Assembly (NCBI GenBank): GCA_946613265.1 | Contig: CAMOFK010000001.1 | Location: forward strand, 22,753 to 86,752 | Reading direction: 5' to 3' | From: an uncultured Verrucomicrobiota bacterium | GTDB taxonomy: Bacteria > Verrucomicrobiota > Kiritimatiellia > RFP12 > UBA1067 | Length of the DNA stretch: 64,000 nt | Shown: positions 1 through 9,126 of the stretch, in pieces | How positions within the stretch are numbered: the stretch's first letter is position 1 | Layout: each line of letters starts with the position of its first letter | The notes under the pieces: generated by a model | What the model was told of the DNA's origin: nothing | Databases searched by the model: none | The model's input: the letters and a program-made list of their open reading frames with translations, nothing else | Position numbers and translations under genes: made by a program

Positions 1-882
1 GGCGAAAAACGCGAAATCCCACGGCGCCGGCTTAGCTATGCCGGCGGCGGCGGCGCATTCGGCGAGCGCGGCGTCTTCATCGGCCGCGATGGGCGCGGTG
101 GCGGCGTCGAGCGCGTCGATCATCTCGAATACCGCGGCGACGGAAGGAGCGCATTTCGTTGCGAGCGAGAGCTTCGCGTAGTCGTCATAGCCGAGAAGCG
201 CGGCAAGCTCGCGGCGCAGCGCGAGGATTTCCGCGATTCGCGGAGTGTTGGAAGGCGCGCGCGTCGCGCGCGCGCGGCAGAGTTTTTCGCGGACTTCGCG
301 ATCGGCGCAGTGCTTCATCGTCTGCGGGTAGTTCGCGTCGTCGATCGTGTAGGTCTTGCCGTCCTTTTCGAGCTTGAACGCTTCGGTGGCGTCGAGGACG
401 GCGTTGGAGAATTCCGTCGCCAGGCCGGCGAGGCGCGCCTGGATTTCATTGAAGCGCTTCTTCGCTTCTCCTTCGAGCGCGACGCCGGAGAGTTCGGCGG
501 CTTCCACGGTTTTCTCGAGGATTCTGCGGCGCACCGGGTTCGTCTCGGCCGGGAGGATGCGCTTGGCCGCTTCGTAGAGCGCGTGGGACTGCCCGACGCG
601 CAGCGAGAACGCCACGATCGCCGGCTGGAAATCCTCTTCGACTTTGCGCCACGCGTCGGAATTCATCACTCCGAGCATGTGCGAGATTTCCCCCCACTTG
701 CGCCAAAGCTCGCGCGTCGCATCGTCCAGACGCCATACGAGATCTTCGAAGGCGGCGACGCGCGAAGGATCGGCGGCGTCGGCCTCGAGCGCGGCGACGG
801 CGAGTTCGGCGTTTTCGAGGAGTTTGGGCAGTTCGGATGCCGCGGCATCTGGCGTGAGCGCGCGCCACTTCGGGAAGTTCAT
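1..882 (-). CDS. prlC: Oligopeptidase A (M3 family metallopeptidase), N-terminal 294 codons; continues beyond the left edge
   Basis: Not in the ORF track because there is no stop in the window. Hand translation from the ATG at 882 gives MNFPKWRALTPDAAASELPKLLENAEL...ELSGVALEGEAKKRFNEIQARLAGLATEFSNAVLDAT...ILALRRELAALLGYDDYAKLSLATK...PWDFAFFA. This is collinear with E. coli PrlC (ELSGIGLP..RYGEIATRLSELGNQYSNNVLDAT; ILALRHELAQLLGF; PWDIAYYS). The frame is open to position 1. Confidence 0.88.
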   Translation of the reverse strand, partial: MNFPKWRALTPDAAASELPKLLENAELAVAALEADAADPSRVAAFEDLVWRLDDATRELWRKWGEISHMLGVMNSDAWRKVEEDFQPAIVAFSLRVGQSHALYEAAKRILPAETNPVRRRILEKTVEAAELSGVALEGEAKKRFNEIQARLAGLATEFSNAVLDATEAFKLEKDGKTYTIDDANYPQTMKHCADREVREKLCRARATRAPSNTPRIAEILALRRELAALLGYDDYAKLSLATKCAPSVAAVFEMIDALDAATAPIAADEDAALAECAAAAGIAKPAPWDFAFFA

Positions 883-936
883 GTGTTTCGCTGGTCTTGT
901 GGATGGTTGATGCTTGTCTTTCGCAGGCGCGCGCCC

Positions 937-1941
937 TCAGACGGCGCTCCTGTCGCAAAGCGCGGAGACGAAAAGCGCTTTGATCGTGTGCATGCGGTTT
1001 TCCGATTCGTCGAAGACTTTCGAATACTTCGATTCGAATACTTCGTCGGTGACTTCGAGCGCGCCCGTCTGCTTCGTTACTTCCGTGTTGAAGTCGTGGA
1101 ACGCAGGCAGGCAGTGCAGGAACATCAGCCTGCCGTTCAGATTCCCCGTCGCCGCCATCAAATCCATATTGATCTGGTAGGGCCTGAGAAGGGCGATGCG
1201 CTCGGCCGTCTTCGCTTCTTCTCCCATCGAAACCCACACGTCCGTGTAGAGCACGTTCGCGCCTTTCACGCCCGTCTTCGCGTCGGAGAAGACGCGGATA
1301 TCGACGCCGTTGCGCTTTGCCACGGCTTCCGCCTCGGCGAGGATGGCTTCATCCGGCCAGAGTTCGCGCGGCGCGCAGCATACATAGCGAATGCCCGCCT
1401 TCGCGCAACCCATCATCAGCGAATTTGCGACGTTGTTGCGTCCGTCGCCGACGTAGGCGACGGTGCAATCGTCGAGCGAGCCGAAAGTCTCCTTGACGGT
1501 GAGCAGGTCGGCGAGGATCTGCGTAGGGTGGTAGTCGTCCGTCAAGCCGTTCCAGACGGGCACGCCGGAATATTCCGCTAGCTCTTCGCAGGTGCGCTGC
1601 GCGAAGCCGCGGAACAGTATGCCGTCGTAGATTCGGCCAAGCACGCGGGCGGTGTCCTTGACGCTTTCCTTCTTCCCGAAGTGTATGTCCGGGCGCGTGA
1701 GATATTCAGCGCCGCCGCCTTCGTCGCGCGCCGCGATGATGGATGAATTGCGCGTGCGCGTGGACGACTTTTCGAAGATGAGCGCGATGTTCTTGCGGAG
1801 CAGGAGATTGCCGCGCACGCCTGCGGCGCGGCGCGCCTTGAGCTGCCCTGCGAGATTGACGAGATCTAGCATCTCTTCGTCGGTGAACGACGCAAGGCGC
1901 ATGAGGCTCCTGCCCCTGAGGCTGTCCATCCATTCCAGCAT
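937..1941 (-). CDS. argF: Ornithine carbamoyltransferase
   Basis: 334 aa with the STRTR carbamoyl-phosphate motif, HPTQ, and the HCLP ornithine-binding motif. Length is typical. Confidence 0.95.
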   Translation of the reverse strand: MLEWMDSLRGRSLMRLASFTDEEMLDLVNLAGQLKARRAAGVRGNLLLRKNIALIFEKSSTRTRNSSIIAARDEGGGAEYLTRPDIHFGKKESVKDTARVLGRIYDGILFRGFAQRTCEELAEYSGVPVWNGLTDDYHPTQILADLLTVKETFGSLDDCTVAYVGDGRNNVANSLMMGCAKAGIRYVCCAPRELWPDEAILAEAEAVAKRNGVDIRVFSDAKTGVKGANVLYTDVWVSMGEEAKTAERIALLRPYQINMDLMAATGNLNGRLMFLHCLPAFHDFNTEVTKQTGALEVTDEVFESKYSKVFDESENRMHTIKALFVSALCDRSAV

Positions 1942-2143
1942 TGTCTTTTCCGTCCTTTCGCTTTATGCAAACCGGGAAACCGCAGAAATCCATTCGCAAT
2001 CCGGCGTCTGCGCGGCGTCGCGTACAATCGCAATCGTTTCCAGATAGTACGAGCCTTGCCGCCGTGGCGGTTTTCACGCCGTTCGCGCGTTGCCTTTTGC
2101 CTTGTTTCTGCCGTAAACCGAAGTCGTGTCTATTGATTAGAAT

Positions 2144-2152
2144 ATTATACCA
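2144..2152 (-). promoter_or_regulatory. Extended -10 promoter element (TGGTATAAT) inside AAATATGGTATAATA, upstream of argF
   Basis: The reverse complement reads gcgAAATATGGTATAATAttc. It is the same 15-nt motif seen at 15 other intergenic sites. It lies about 200 nt upstream of the argF ATG. Confidence 0.65.
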
Positions 2153-2257
2153 TATTTCGCCGCGGCCACGCCCCGGCATGAATGATTCATTTACGCGCCG
2201 GAAATTGCAAAATCGAGCGTCCGGCGGCGTTGAAGGCGGGCAGGCGCCGCGCTCTGC

Positions 2258-3880
2258 CTACCACGCGCCCATCGTGAGATACGGGAGGATGAGCGTCTGC
2301 AATGTGACGTCGAGATCGAAAAGCGCGACGCCGGCGAGCCCGTACTTGCGCGCGAGCATCGCCTGCTCGATGACCTGGCGGGCATCCAGGCGCGATTCGT
2401 TGGCGGTCACGCCTATCCCTGCGATCGTCCTGCGCGCGCGCGTCTTTTTCGACGCATGCTGTTCGAGGAAGGATGTGTAGAGGGCGGTGTTTTCCGTGTA
2501 GTCCATTGGGACGGCGAAATCGATCAGATTGAGGTCTATCCAGCTTTGCCAGTCCTGACCGACCGACGCGATGCAGACAGGGTATTTCCCCAGCACTGCG
2601 GCGGTGAGCCATTTCGGCTTCTTCACGTGCCTGCGGACGGAGGCGACGAATTTCGTTATCGTCGCGGCGGCGTCTTTCGGCTTGGCGGCGCGTTCGTACC
2701 ATCTGACGAAGTCGAGATGTATGCCATCGACTTTGTAGCGCGCGGTTATTTCGTCGATCGCCTTCAGCAGATGCTCGCGAACGGCGGGATTGGATGGATC
2801 GAGATATTCGGTGAGCGCGCCATCGCGCGCCTTCAAGCGCCACCCGAGCTTTTCGAAGTTTTTCAAGCGTTCGGGAGTCGCGCGCGTGGCGGTGAAGCAG
2901 AGTATCCAGGCGTGCACTCTTATGCCTGTCCCCTTGGCGGCGGCGAGACACGCCTTGAGCTGGTCGCCCTCTTCTTCGAAGGTGCGCGAGCGCGGCAGTA
3001 CGTCGGATGGATAGTGCGCGAAGCCGGCCCCTGCCACATTGACGAAGAGGTCGGTGATCTTGCCGGCTTTCAAGACCGCGAAAGTGCGCTTCCAGTCTCC
3101 CGGATAAAGCCCGCATCCCGAATGATCCCAGACGGCATGGATTTCGCCGGGTTTCGGAGTTTGCGCGAGCGCGTACTTCGCGAGCGCCGCGCGCTTCGTG
3201 GCGTCTCTGGCGTCGGCGGACGCCGCGTTCCAGAGCCGCGGATCGGCGTTGCCGGCGAGCGCGGCGAGCAGGCGCGCTTTGAGGGCTTCATCGCCGTCCG
3301 CGAGCAGAACGTGGGTCATCCAGAAGCCGGCGTCGGATGCGATCCATGCAGGCTCACCCGAGCCTTTGCCTTTGCGGTCCACCCAGCGCGCGATCGTCCG
3401 CGCACGCCCGGGAATCGGCCGCGAGCTTTGGAGGACGGTGGAAGTCTGGCGGATCGAGCGGGGAATCCCCGCAATGTTCGCGGCGGCCTTGAGGTCGAAA
3501 TCCATTTTGCTCCATTGGCCCGGATACGCCGCCTTCTTGTACGCCACGACCTTTACGCCCATCATGGACGCGAGCGCCGGCGAGGACGAGTAGAAGACGA
3601 CGAGCTTGCCGCCGCGCGCGCGAAACGCCTTGAGAGTCGCGAGTTCCGCGGCGTCGGGCTTGTCGAAGCCTACGAGGAATGCGATTTTCGCTCCTTCCAG
3701 AGCCTTGCCGAGTTCCGCGACGGGATGCGTCTTCGCCTCGATTCCCTGCTGGCCGAGCCAGCGCTGCGCGTGGCGCGCGAGCGACGTGTAGTATCCAGGA
3801 TCGTGGGCGACCACCGGAACGGCGGCGGAGGCGCAGCACGCCAGCGCCGCCGTGAGGATCGACATTGCCGCTTTCTTCAT
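2258..3880 (-). CDS. Secreted glycoside-hydrolase-like family 10 (GHL10/DUF187, YngK-like) protein
   Basis: 540 aa. N-terminal signal peptide MKKAAMSILTAALACCASAAVP. The C-terminal half has a TIM-barrel-like pattern (VDGIHLDFVRW, WLTAAV, DFAVPMDY) typical of GHL10. Confidence 0.65.
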   Translation of the reverse strand: MKKAAMSILTAALACCASAAVPVVAHDPGYYTSLARHAQRWLGQQGIEAKTHPVAELGKALEGAKIAFLVGFDKPDAAELATLKAFRARGGKLVVFYSSSPALASMMGVKVVAYKKAAYPGQWSKMDFDLKAAANIAGIPRSIRQTSTVLQSSRPIPGRARTIARWVDRKGKGSGEPAWIASDAGFWMTHVLLADGDEALKARLLAALAGNADPRLWNAASADARDATKRAALAKYALAQTPKPGEIHAVWDHSGCGLYPGDWKRTFAVLKAGKITDLFVNVAGAGFAHYPSDVLPRSRTFEEEGDQLKACLAAAKGTGIRVHAWILCFTATRATPERLKNFEKLGWRLKARDGALTEYLDPSNPAVREHLLKAIDEITARYKVDGIHLDFVRWYERAAKPKDAAATITKFVASVRRHVKKPKWLTAAVLGKYPVCIASVGQDWQSWIDLNLIDFAVPMDYTENTALYTSFLEQHASKKTRARRTIAGIGVTANESRLDARQVIEQAMLARKYGLAGVALFDLDVTLQTLILPYLTMGAW

Positions 3881-3890
3881 TGCCGCGATT

Positions 3891-4505
3891 TCACAATTCG
3901 ACTTTCTGCTTCTTGCCTGCCGCCGTCCACTTTGAATTGGAAGGCTCGCAAACGACTTTCACCGGCTTGCCGTCGTGGAGCGCGCGTACGATCACCCCCA
4001 TTAGGCGCGTGCCCGACTTCGTGGAGTGCGTGCCGCCGCCTCCGCCGCCGCGCCTCCTGCGGCGCTGGAAAGTCTTTGTCGTTTCCGTCGTCTGCACGAT
4101 CGTCGGCGAAGAGAAGGAGAATTTCTGCGTTGCCGGCAGGTCTTTGCGAAATTCGTATTTGCCGATTTCGATGCGGCCGGCGATTTCATCCTTCGCGCCT
4201 TTGGCGCCGATGTCGCGCGTGATGAAATACGCTTCCACGGTTATTGCGATGGTCTCGTCGCCATGCGGTGTGCATCCGACTTTCCCTTCGTAGTCGTAGT
4301 CGGTTCGCTTCGTCTCGATCTCCGTTCGGGCGCGTCGCGTTTTCTTGCCGTCCGTCTTGGACTTGGAATTCGATGCATCCGGGCGCTCGACTTTGAGGCT
4401 GACGGACATGGGGGCGTCCGACGCGCGCGCCGGCGTCGCCGCGAAAGGCGCGAAGGCCGCGAAAATGGCCGCGCATAGCGCGATGGCTGTACTTGTGTGT
4501 TTCAT
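3891..4505 (-). CDS. Hypothetical secreted protein with an R5-G6 low-complexity tract
   Basis: 204 aa. Signal peptide MKHTSTAIALCAAIFAAFAPFAATPARA. Tightly packed between eda and the GHL10 gene, with its stop 10 nt before the next start. No family recognised. Confidence 0.55.
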   Translation of the reverse strand: MKHTSTAIALCAAIFAAFAPFAATPARASDAPMSVSLKVERPDASNSKSKTDGKKTRRARTEIETKRTDYDYEGKVGCTPHGDETIAITVEAYFITRDIGAKGAKDEIAGRIEIGKYEFRKDLPATQKFSFSSPTIVQTTETTKTFQRRRRRGGGGGGTHSTKSGTRLMGVIVRALHDGKPVKVVCEPSNSKWTAAGKKQKVEL

Positions 4506-4566
4506 GGCGGTGATTGCATTTTCTGGGTCGCGTGGTGTTCCGGCCGGCGGGCGGTTTCCCCTCCGG

Positions 4567-5199
4567 CTAGCGCGCCTTCAAGGCCGCGGCTTCGCTGGCG
4601 AGGCGCTCGATCGCCGCCCAGTCGCCTGCCGCCACGGCATCCTTCGGCGCGATCCACGTGCCGCCGCAGCATATTATCTCCGGCACGGCGAGATAGTCGC
4701 GGACGTTCGCGGGCTTTACGCCGCCCGTCGGCATGAATTTCACCCCCGTCCAGCGGAATGCGCCAAGCAGATCCTTTATATATTTGACTCCGCCGGCGGA
4801 TTCGGCGGGGAAAAATTTCACGAGCCGGCAGCCAAGCGAAAGCGCCTGCGAAAGTTCCGACGCCGTGGCGACGCCAGGACAGAACGGCATGCCTAGACGA
4901 TTGGCGGCTTTGACGATTTCCGGGTCGAAGCCGGGCGCGACGCACGCTTGCGCGCCGGCCGCTTTCGCGGCGCAGAGCTGTTCGAGCGTAAGCACCGTCC
5001 CTGCGATAGTCGTCGCGCCTTCGACTTCGCGGTTGATTTTCGCGATCGCCTCCGCGGCGCAGGACGTGCGGAAAGTGATTTCGAGAACTGGCAGGCCGCC
5101 TTTGACGAGCGCGCGCGCGAGCGGCACGGCTTTCTCGATGTCTTCGATCACGATGACAGGAATTATTCCCGCCGCCCCCAAAGTGTCAATCATGTCCAT
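4567..5199 (-). CDS. eda: KDPG / 4-hydroxy-2-oxoglutarate aldolase
   Basis: The internal start MDMIDTLGAAGIIPVIVIED at 5199 is preceded by AGGAGA. About 210 aa with GGLPVLEITFRT and KFFPAE..GG..Y...L...F....FMPTGGV, typical of Eda. The 117-codon upstream extension in the ORF track is Arg-rich junk. Confidence 0.9.
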   Translation of the reverse strand: MDMIDTLGAAGIIPVIVIEDIEKAVPLARALVKGGLPVLEITFRTSCAAEAIAKINREVEGATTIAGTVLTLEQLCAAKAAGAQACVAPGFDPEIVKAANRLGMPFCPGVATASELSQALSLGCRLVKFFPAESAGGVKYIKDLLGAFRWTGVKFMPTGGVKPANVRDYLAVPEIICCGGTWIAPKDAVAAGDWAAIERLASEAAALKAR

Positions 5200-5237
5200 T
5201 CCGATTTTCTCCTGTTTGCAAATCAAGCGCCGGCGCG

Positions 5238-5711
5238 TCAGAGCGCCAGCAGGTCTTCGCGTGTGAAGGCGCAAGGCGCGTTCGTCGCCGCCGGATCGGC
5301 GGCGATCTTCTCCGGCTTCGCGGCCGCCTGCGAATGCGGCAGCGGCGTGTACGGGAAATCCACGTCGCCCTGCCTGACGACGCCGCGCCGTTCGCCGATT
5401 TGCGCGACGCATCCCGTTTCGCGGGGTATTGCGCCGAGCGAAAGATCGGCGCGCAGGGCGGACATGCCGTCGCGCGCGGTTTTTATCGAGGCGCGCGCCG
5501 CCTGCACTGCGGCGTCCGCTTGCTCGTCCGGAAGCGAAATGAACGCGCACGAGGCGCGCGCGCTTTCCGCCGGGGCTTCGCGCGCCTTGAAAGCTAGCGC
5601 GGCGTACGGGAACGCCGCCGCTATGCCGAGAGGCGCGGCGAGTACGAGCGCCAGCGAGTAGATTTCGTTGCGCAGATGGCGCTTCGGCTTGTATAGATGC
5701 GTTTCCGCCAT
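5238..5711 (-). CDS. Hypothetical membrane-anchored protein downstream of exbD
   Basis: 157 aa with a single N-terminal TM (IYSLALVLAAPLGIAAAFPYAALAF). It occupies the position where TonB/TolA-like partners usually sit, but no TonB C-terminal signature is recognised. Confidence 0.45.
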   Translation of the reverse strand: MAETHLYKPKRHLRNEIYSLALVLAAPLGIAAAFPYAALAFKAREAPAESARASCAFISLPDEQADAAVQAARASIKTARDGMSALRADLSLGAIPRETGCVAQIGERRGVVRQGDVDFPYTPLPHSQAAAKPEKIAADPAATNAPCAFTREDLLAL

Positions 5712-5775
5712 GGTGGAAGGGGCGCCGGGGCCTGGCTTCGCAGAGTGCGCGAGCCGTTGCCGCCAGCCGTGGTTT

Positions 5776-6252
5776 TCAGGTTTCGTCGTGGTGGCGCTGG
5801 GCGAAGAGTATCCGCTTGATCCCGCCTGCGCGCGCCGTCGCCGCGAAATTCATCAGTTCTCCGGCGGAAACCCGCCTGTCCGCAAGCACCAGGAGAGCAT
5901 CTTCTTTCAATTTCGCGGCGCGCTCGCCGAGCTGCTCGCGAAACGCCTCCATCGATTGATCGTCGCCAAGCAGAAAACGCGCGTCGTCGAAAAACACCAG
6001 CGTCTCGCGCGAGGTCGGCAAGAGAAGCGCGACGAGCGAAGTCTGCTCGCCGTCGGCGAATTCGCGTTCCGGGAGATCGAAGAGCACGCCTTCGGCGATC
6101 GAGAGCGTGCCGCCGAGCAGATAAAGTGTCACGACCAGCATGCAGAGCGTCAGCCACGGCGCCGCGGCGACGAATGGCCGCAGCCATGCGATGTCATGGC
6201 CGCGCAGCGCGCCGGCGTCGCGCACGCTCCAGCCCCAGCCGCGCTGCGTCAT
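5776..6252 (-). CDS. exbD: Biopolymer transport protein ExbD/TolR
   Basis: 158 aa, one TM, then the ExbD-type periplasmic domain (LVLADRRVSAGELMNFAATARAGGIKRILFA). Its ATG overlaps the exbB stop (ATGA). Confidence 0.85.
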   Translation of the reverse strand: MTQRGWGWSVRDAGALRGHDIAWLRPFVAAAPWLTLCMLVVTLYLLGGTLSIAEGVLFDLPEREFADGEQTSLVALLLPTSRETLVFFDDARFLLGDDQSMEAFREQLGERAAKLKEDALLVLADRRVSAGELMNFAATARAGGIKRILFAQRHHDET

Positions 6253-6878
6253 CGCGCCTCCTCCGCGGCAGGCGCGCCTTGGCGGGCCTGCGCGCCGATG
6301 AAGCCCACGATGCTCGTGGCGGCGGCTTCAAGTTCGACGACTATTCTTTCCATGCGTATTCTCAGCGAGCCGTGCATGACCGCCAGCGGAATCGCCACCG
6401 CCAGGCCGAGCGCGGCGGGAATGAGCGCTTCCATCGCCGCATTCATCAGGGCGGTCTTTGTGGCGAGCGCCCCGGAGTTCGCGAGCATTACTGCTTTGAT
6501 CATGCCGATGAAGGCGCCGAGCAGCCCGAGGAGCGGGGCGATCTGCCCCATGATCGCGAGCGACGCAAGGCGGCGGTCGAGACGCCCGATCTCCGCGCGG
6601 CCCTGCGCATCGACGGCGTCGCGAAGGGCGCGTTCGCCGCCTTCGCGATGGCGGATGGCCGTGGCGACGACGTTGGCTACCGGCACGGCGGTGTCTTCGC
6701 AGATCGCGAGCGCTTCGTCGATATTGCCGCGCGAGAGGATGTTGACCACGCCCTTGACGAAATCCTGCCAATCGATCTGCGCCCTGCGAAGTTCGAGAAA
6801 GCGCTCGAAGAACACGACAGCCGCCGCGACCGCGAGAGCGAGAAGGATCCAGAATACGGGTCCGCCGGTTAGCGTCAT
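6249..6878 (-). CDS. exbB: MotA/TolQ/ExbB proton-channel protein
   Basis: 209 aa. Three TMs and the conserved LASLAIMGQIAPLLGLLGAFIGMI segment of ExbB/TolQ. Confidence 0.9.
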   Translation of the reverse strand: MTLTGGPVFWILLALAVAAAVVFFERFLELRRAQIDWQDFVKGVVNILSRGNIDEALAICEDTAVPVANVVATAIRHREGGERALRDAVDAQGRAEIGRLDRRLASLAIMGQIAPLLGLLGAFIGMIKAVMLANSGALATKTALMNAAMEALIPAALGLAVAIPLAVMHGSLRIRMERIVVELEAAATSIVGFIGAQARQGAPAAEEAR

Positions 6879-9055
6879 AGGAATTTTCCTTTCGTCTGAA
6901 TGCGGTCCAGCCGCTTTTCGGCTTCGTCTGCCGCGGGTACGTCGGAGGCGATGACGAGTTCGAGGATGTGCATCGCCTGGAAATCCTTGCCGCGGCTCTC
7001 GTATTCGTCGGCGAGGCGGAAGGCGGCGCGCGAAAACGCCGCGCGCGCTTCATCGTCGAAAGCGATGCCGCGGAGGCGTGCTTCGCGGTATGCGAGGACG
7101 ACGCCGGTGTAGTATTGGTCGATAGCTTCGTCGATGCGTTTGAGCTTTTCGAGCACTCTGCCCATCTTGAAGGAGATCGCAAGGCGCAGGCCCGGCGGGA
7201 GGGATTCGCCGAGGCGTAGCGCGCGGTATGCGTCGAGCGCTTCGCGGTATCTAGCGGGGTTGTCGGCGCCCATCGCGAAGAGCGCATCGGCTTTGAGGAC
7301 TTCGGCCTTGAGGCGTTCGGCGGCACCGACGCCATTCTCCATCAGCGCTCTTTCGATCACGAGAAGGGCTTCTTCGTAGCGTCCGAGTTCGACGAGCGCT
7401 TCGCCTTGCAGAGTGTATGCGGCGGCGCGTTCCGGCGCGGCCGGGTATTTCTCCACGAGTTCCGTCACTGTCCTGATCGCCTTGGGGAAATCGTTTTCGG
7501 CGAAGGCTGCGCGCGCCGCCCAGACGAGCGCGCCGGGCGCGCGTTCGGATTCCGGCGCCATTTCCGCGAATGTGAAGAAAAGCGAGCAGCTTTGCTCCCA
7601 GCGGCGGGAGTTGTAGGCGAGTTTCGCCAGCCACAACGTCGCCTCCGCCTTGACTTTCAAGTCGGATGCGTTCGCGGCGATCTTCGCGGCCATTTCCTCC
7701 GCTTCCCTGTCGAGACCCTGCGCATACATGCAGAGCGCCTGCATCAACTCGGCGCGCGCGGCGTTCTCCTGGTCTTCGGAAGCGATTTCTGCGAAAATCT
7801 TCTGCGCCTCCGCAAAGCGATAGTCGTTGTAGAGTTCGCGGCCTTGCGCTTCTAGTTCGCGGCGCTTTACGACTTTGCCGAGCTTTTCCGCGGCCGGCGA
7901 CTTCGGGAATTTCTCCAGCACGAGGCGGTATTTCGCCATTGCTTCGTCGCCCTTGCCGGATTCCGCGAGGATGTCGCCCTGCTCGAGGATGGCCATGGCT
8001 TTTTCATCGTCTCCGGACGCTACGTCTTCTGCGCGCGAAAACGCTTCGAGGGCTTCTTCGCTGCGGCCGAGTTTGCGCAGCGCCCATCCTCTCGCCTCCT
8101 GCACGGAGAAGCGGTTCTTCGCGTCCAGCCAGATTTCCAGCACGCTTTTGAAAGCATCGGCGGCTTCCGCCCACTGTTCGCGCGCGAGCAGCGCGTCGGC
8201 AAGCGCGATGGCCGCGTCCATCGCGCCTTCGGAATCGGGAGCGTCTTTGATGATGGCGCGAATGGTCTTTTCGCCTTCGTCGAACGTCGCTTTGTCTTCG
8301 AGGAGTATGCGGCCGAGCCGCAGGCCGGCGAAGCGCCGCGTCTTGGCGTCGGCGGCGTTTTCCGCGCCCGCGCGCAGCAGCGCGACGTCTGCGAGATTGG
8401 CGGCGGCGATGGCGTACGCACGTGTCGTCACGTTCGAAGGGATGGCGATTTCCCGCCAGATTTTCTCCGCCGCTGCGCGGTCACCCGAAGACGCGAGGAT
8501 GGATGCGGCCGCCATTTTCGCTTCCGTGCCGGCAGCCTCGAAACCGCTTTCGCGCACGAGCTTCAAGGCGAGCGCGCTGTCGCCTGCATCGGCGGCGAGG
8601 CGTGCGCGCAGGCGTGTCGCGAGGTCGCGGTATTCCTGCGTCTCGAAAGAGGCGGCGGCGAGCGCCGCGGAGGCTTTTTCTTTCTCGCCTTTTTCCGCGA
8701 GCGCCAGCGCGCCGTAGTAGGTGAGCATTTCCGCGGACGCCGGCTTTTCGGAAGAAGCGGCGTCTTCCGCCTGCCACGCCGCGACAGCGCCGGCGATCTC
8801 GTCCCAGGCGCCTTCTTTCGCCCAGCTTTCGAGAATGATGGCGCGCGCGGCTTCGCCGCCCGCCTTTTCGGCGTGTTCGCGCGCTACGTTCCAGAGACCG
8901 TCCCGCAGAGCTTCGCGGGCGATTTCCAGCTCGCCGCCGCGCGCGGCGGTCGCGACGATTGGCGCGGCCAGCAGGCAGACGCGCGCTGCCTGGCGCGCGC
9001 ATTCGCGCAGGCACGCGTAGTGGAAAACGCCTTTGAAAGCCGCATTGCAATTCAT
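6875..9055 (-). CDS. Large tetratricopeptide-repeat (TPR) protein co-transcribed with exbBD
   Basis: About 726 aa, Ala/Glu/Leu-rich, with many 34-aa TPR-like units (e.g. EALEAFSRAEDV, EAMAKYRLVLEKFPKSP, AIRTVTELVEKYPAAPE). The start is taken at 9055 (MNCNAAFKG, GGAG 10 nt upstream); an alternative ATG lies at 9118. The 1215-aa ORF in the track runs through era and is not real upstream of this point. Confidence 0.7.
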   Translation of the reverse strand: MNCNAAFKGVFHYACLRECARQAARVCLLAAPIVATAARGGELEIAREALRDGLWNVAREHAEKAGGEAARAIILESWAKEGAWDEIAGAVAAWQAEDAASSEKPASAEMLTYYGALALAEKGEKEKASAALAAASFETQEYRDLATRLRARLAADAGDSALALKLVRESGFEAAGTEAKMAAASILASSGDRAAAEKIWREIAIPSNVTTRAYAIAAANLADVALLRAGAENAADAKTRRFAGLRLGRILLEDKATFDEGEKTIRAIIKDAPDSEGAMDAAIALADALLAREQWAEAADAFKSVLEIWLDAKNRFSVQEARGWALRKLGRSEEALEAFSRAEDVASGDDEKAMAILEQGDILAESGKGDEAMAKYRLVLEKFPKSPAAEKLGKVVKRRELEAQGRELYNDYRFAEAQKIFAEIASEDQENAARAELMQALCMYAQGLDREAEEMAAKIAANASDLKVKAEATLWLAKLAYNSRRWEQSCSLFFTFAEMAPESERAPGALVWAARAAFAENDFPKAIRTVTELVEKYPAAPERAAAYTLQGEALVELGRYEEALLVIERALMENGVGAAERLKAEVLKADALFAMGADNPARYREALDAYRALRLGESLPPGLRLAISFKMGRVLEKLKRIDEAIDQYYTGVVLAYREARLRGIAFDDEARAAFSRAAFRLADEYESRGKDFQAMHILELVIASDVPAADEAEKRLDRIQTKGKFL

Positions 9056-9126
9056 TTTGCCCAGTCTCCGAAAGTTTTCGCCCGTGCGAGAAACATGTAT
9101 TCCGCAGGTGGACGCCATGCAGGCGT

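Noticed and set aside
4567-5550. N-terminal extensions of eda, GH95 (to 30437), queD (to 36480), parA (to 50916), bioB (to 59368), korA (to 62252), HAD (to 52123), ychJ (to 52827) and grpE (from 20689)
   Set aside because: The extensions are Arg/Ser-rich, overlap upstream genes or promoters, and precede internal starts that carry an RBS or ATGA coupling and match the canonical family N-termini.
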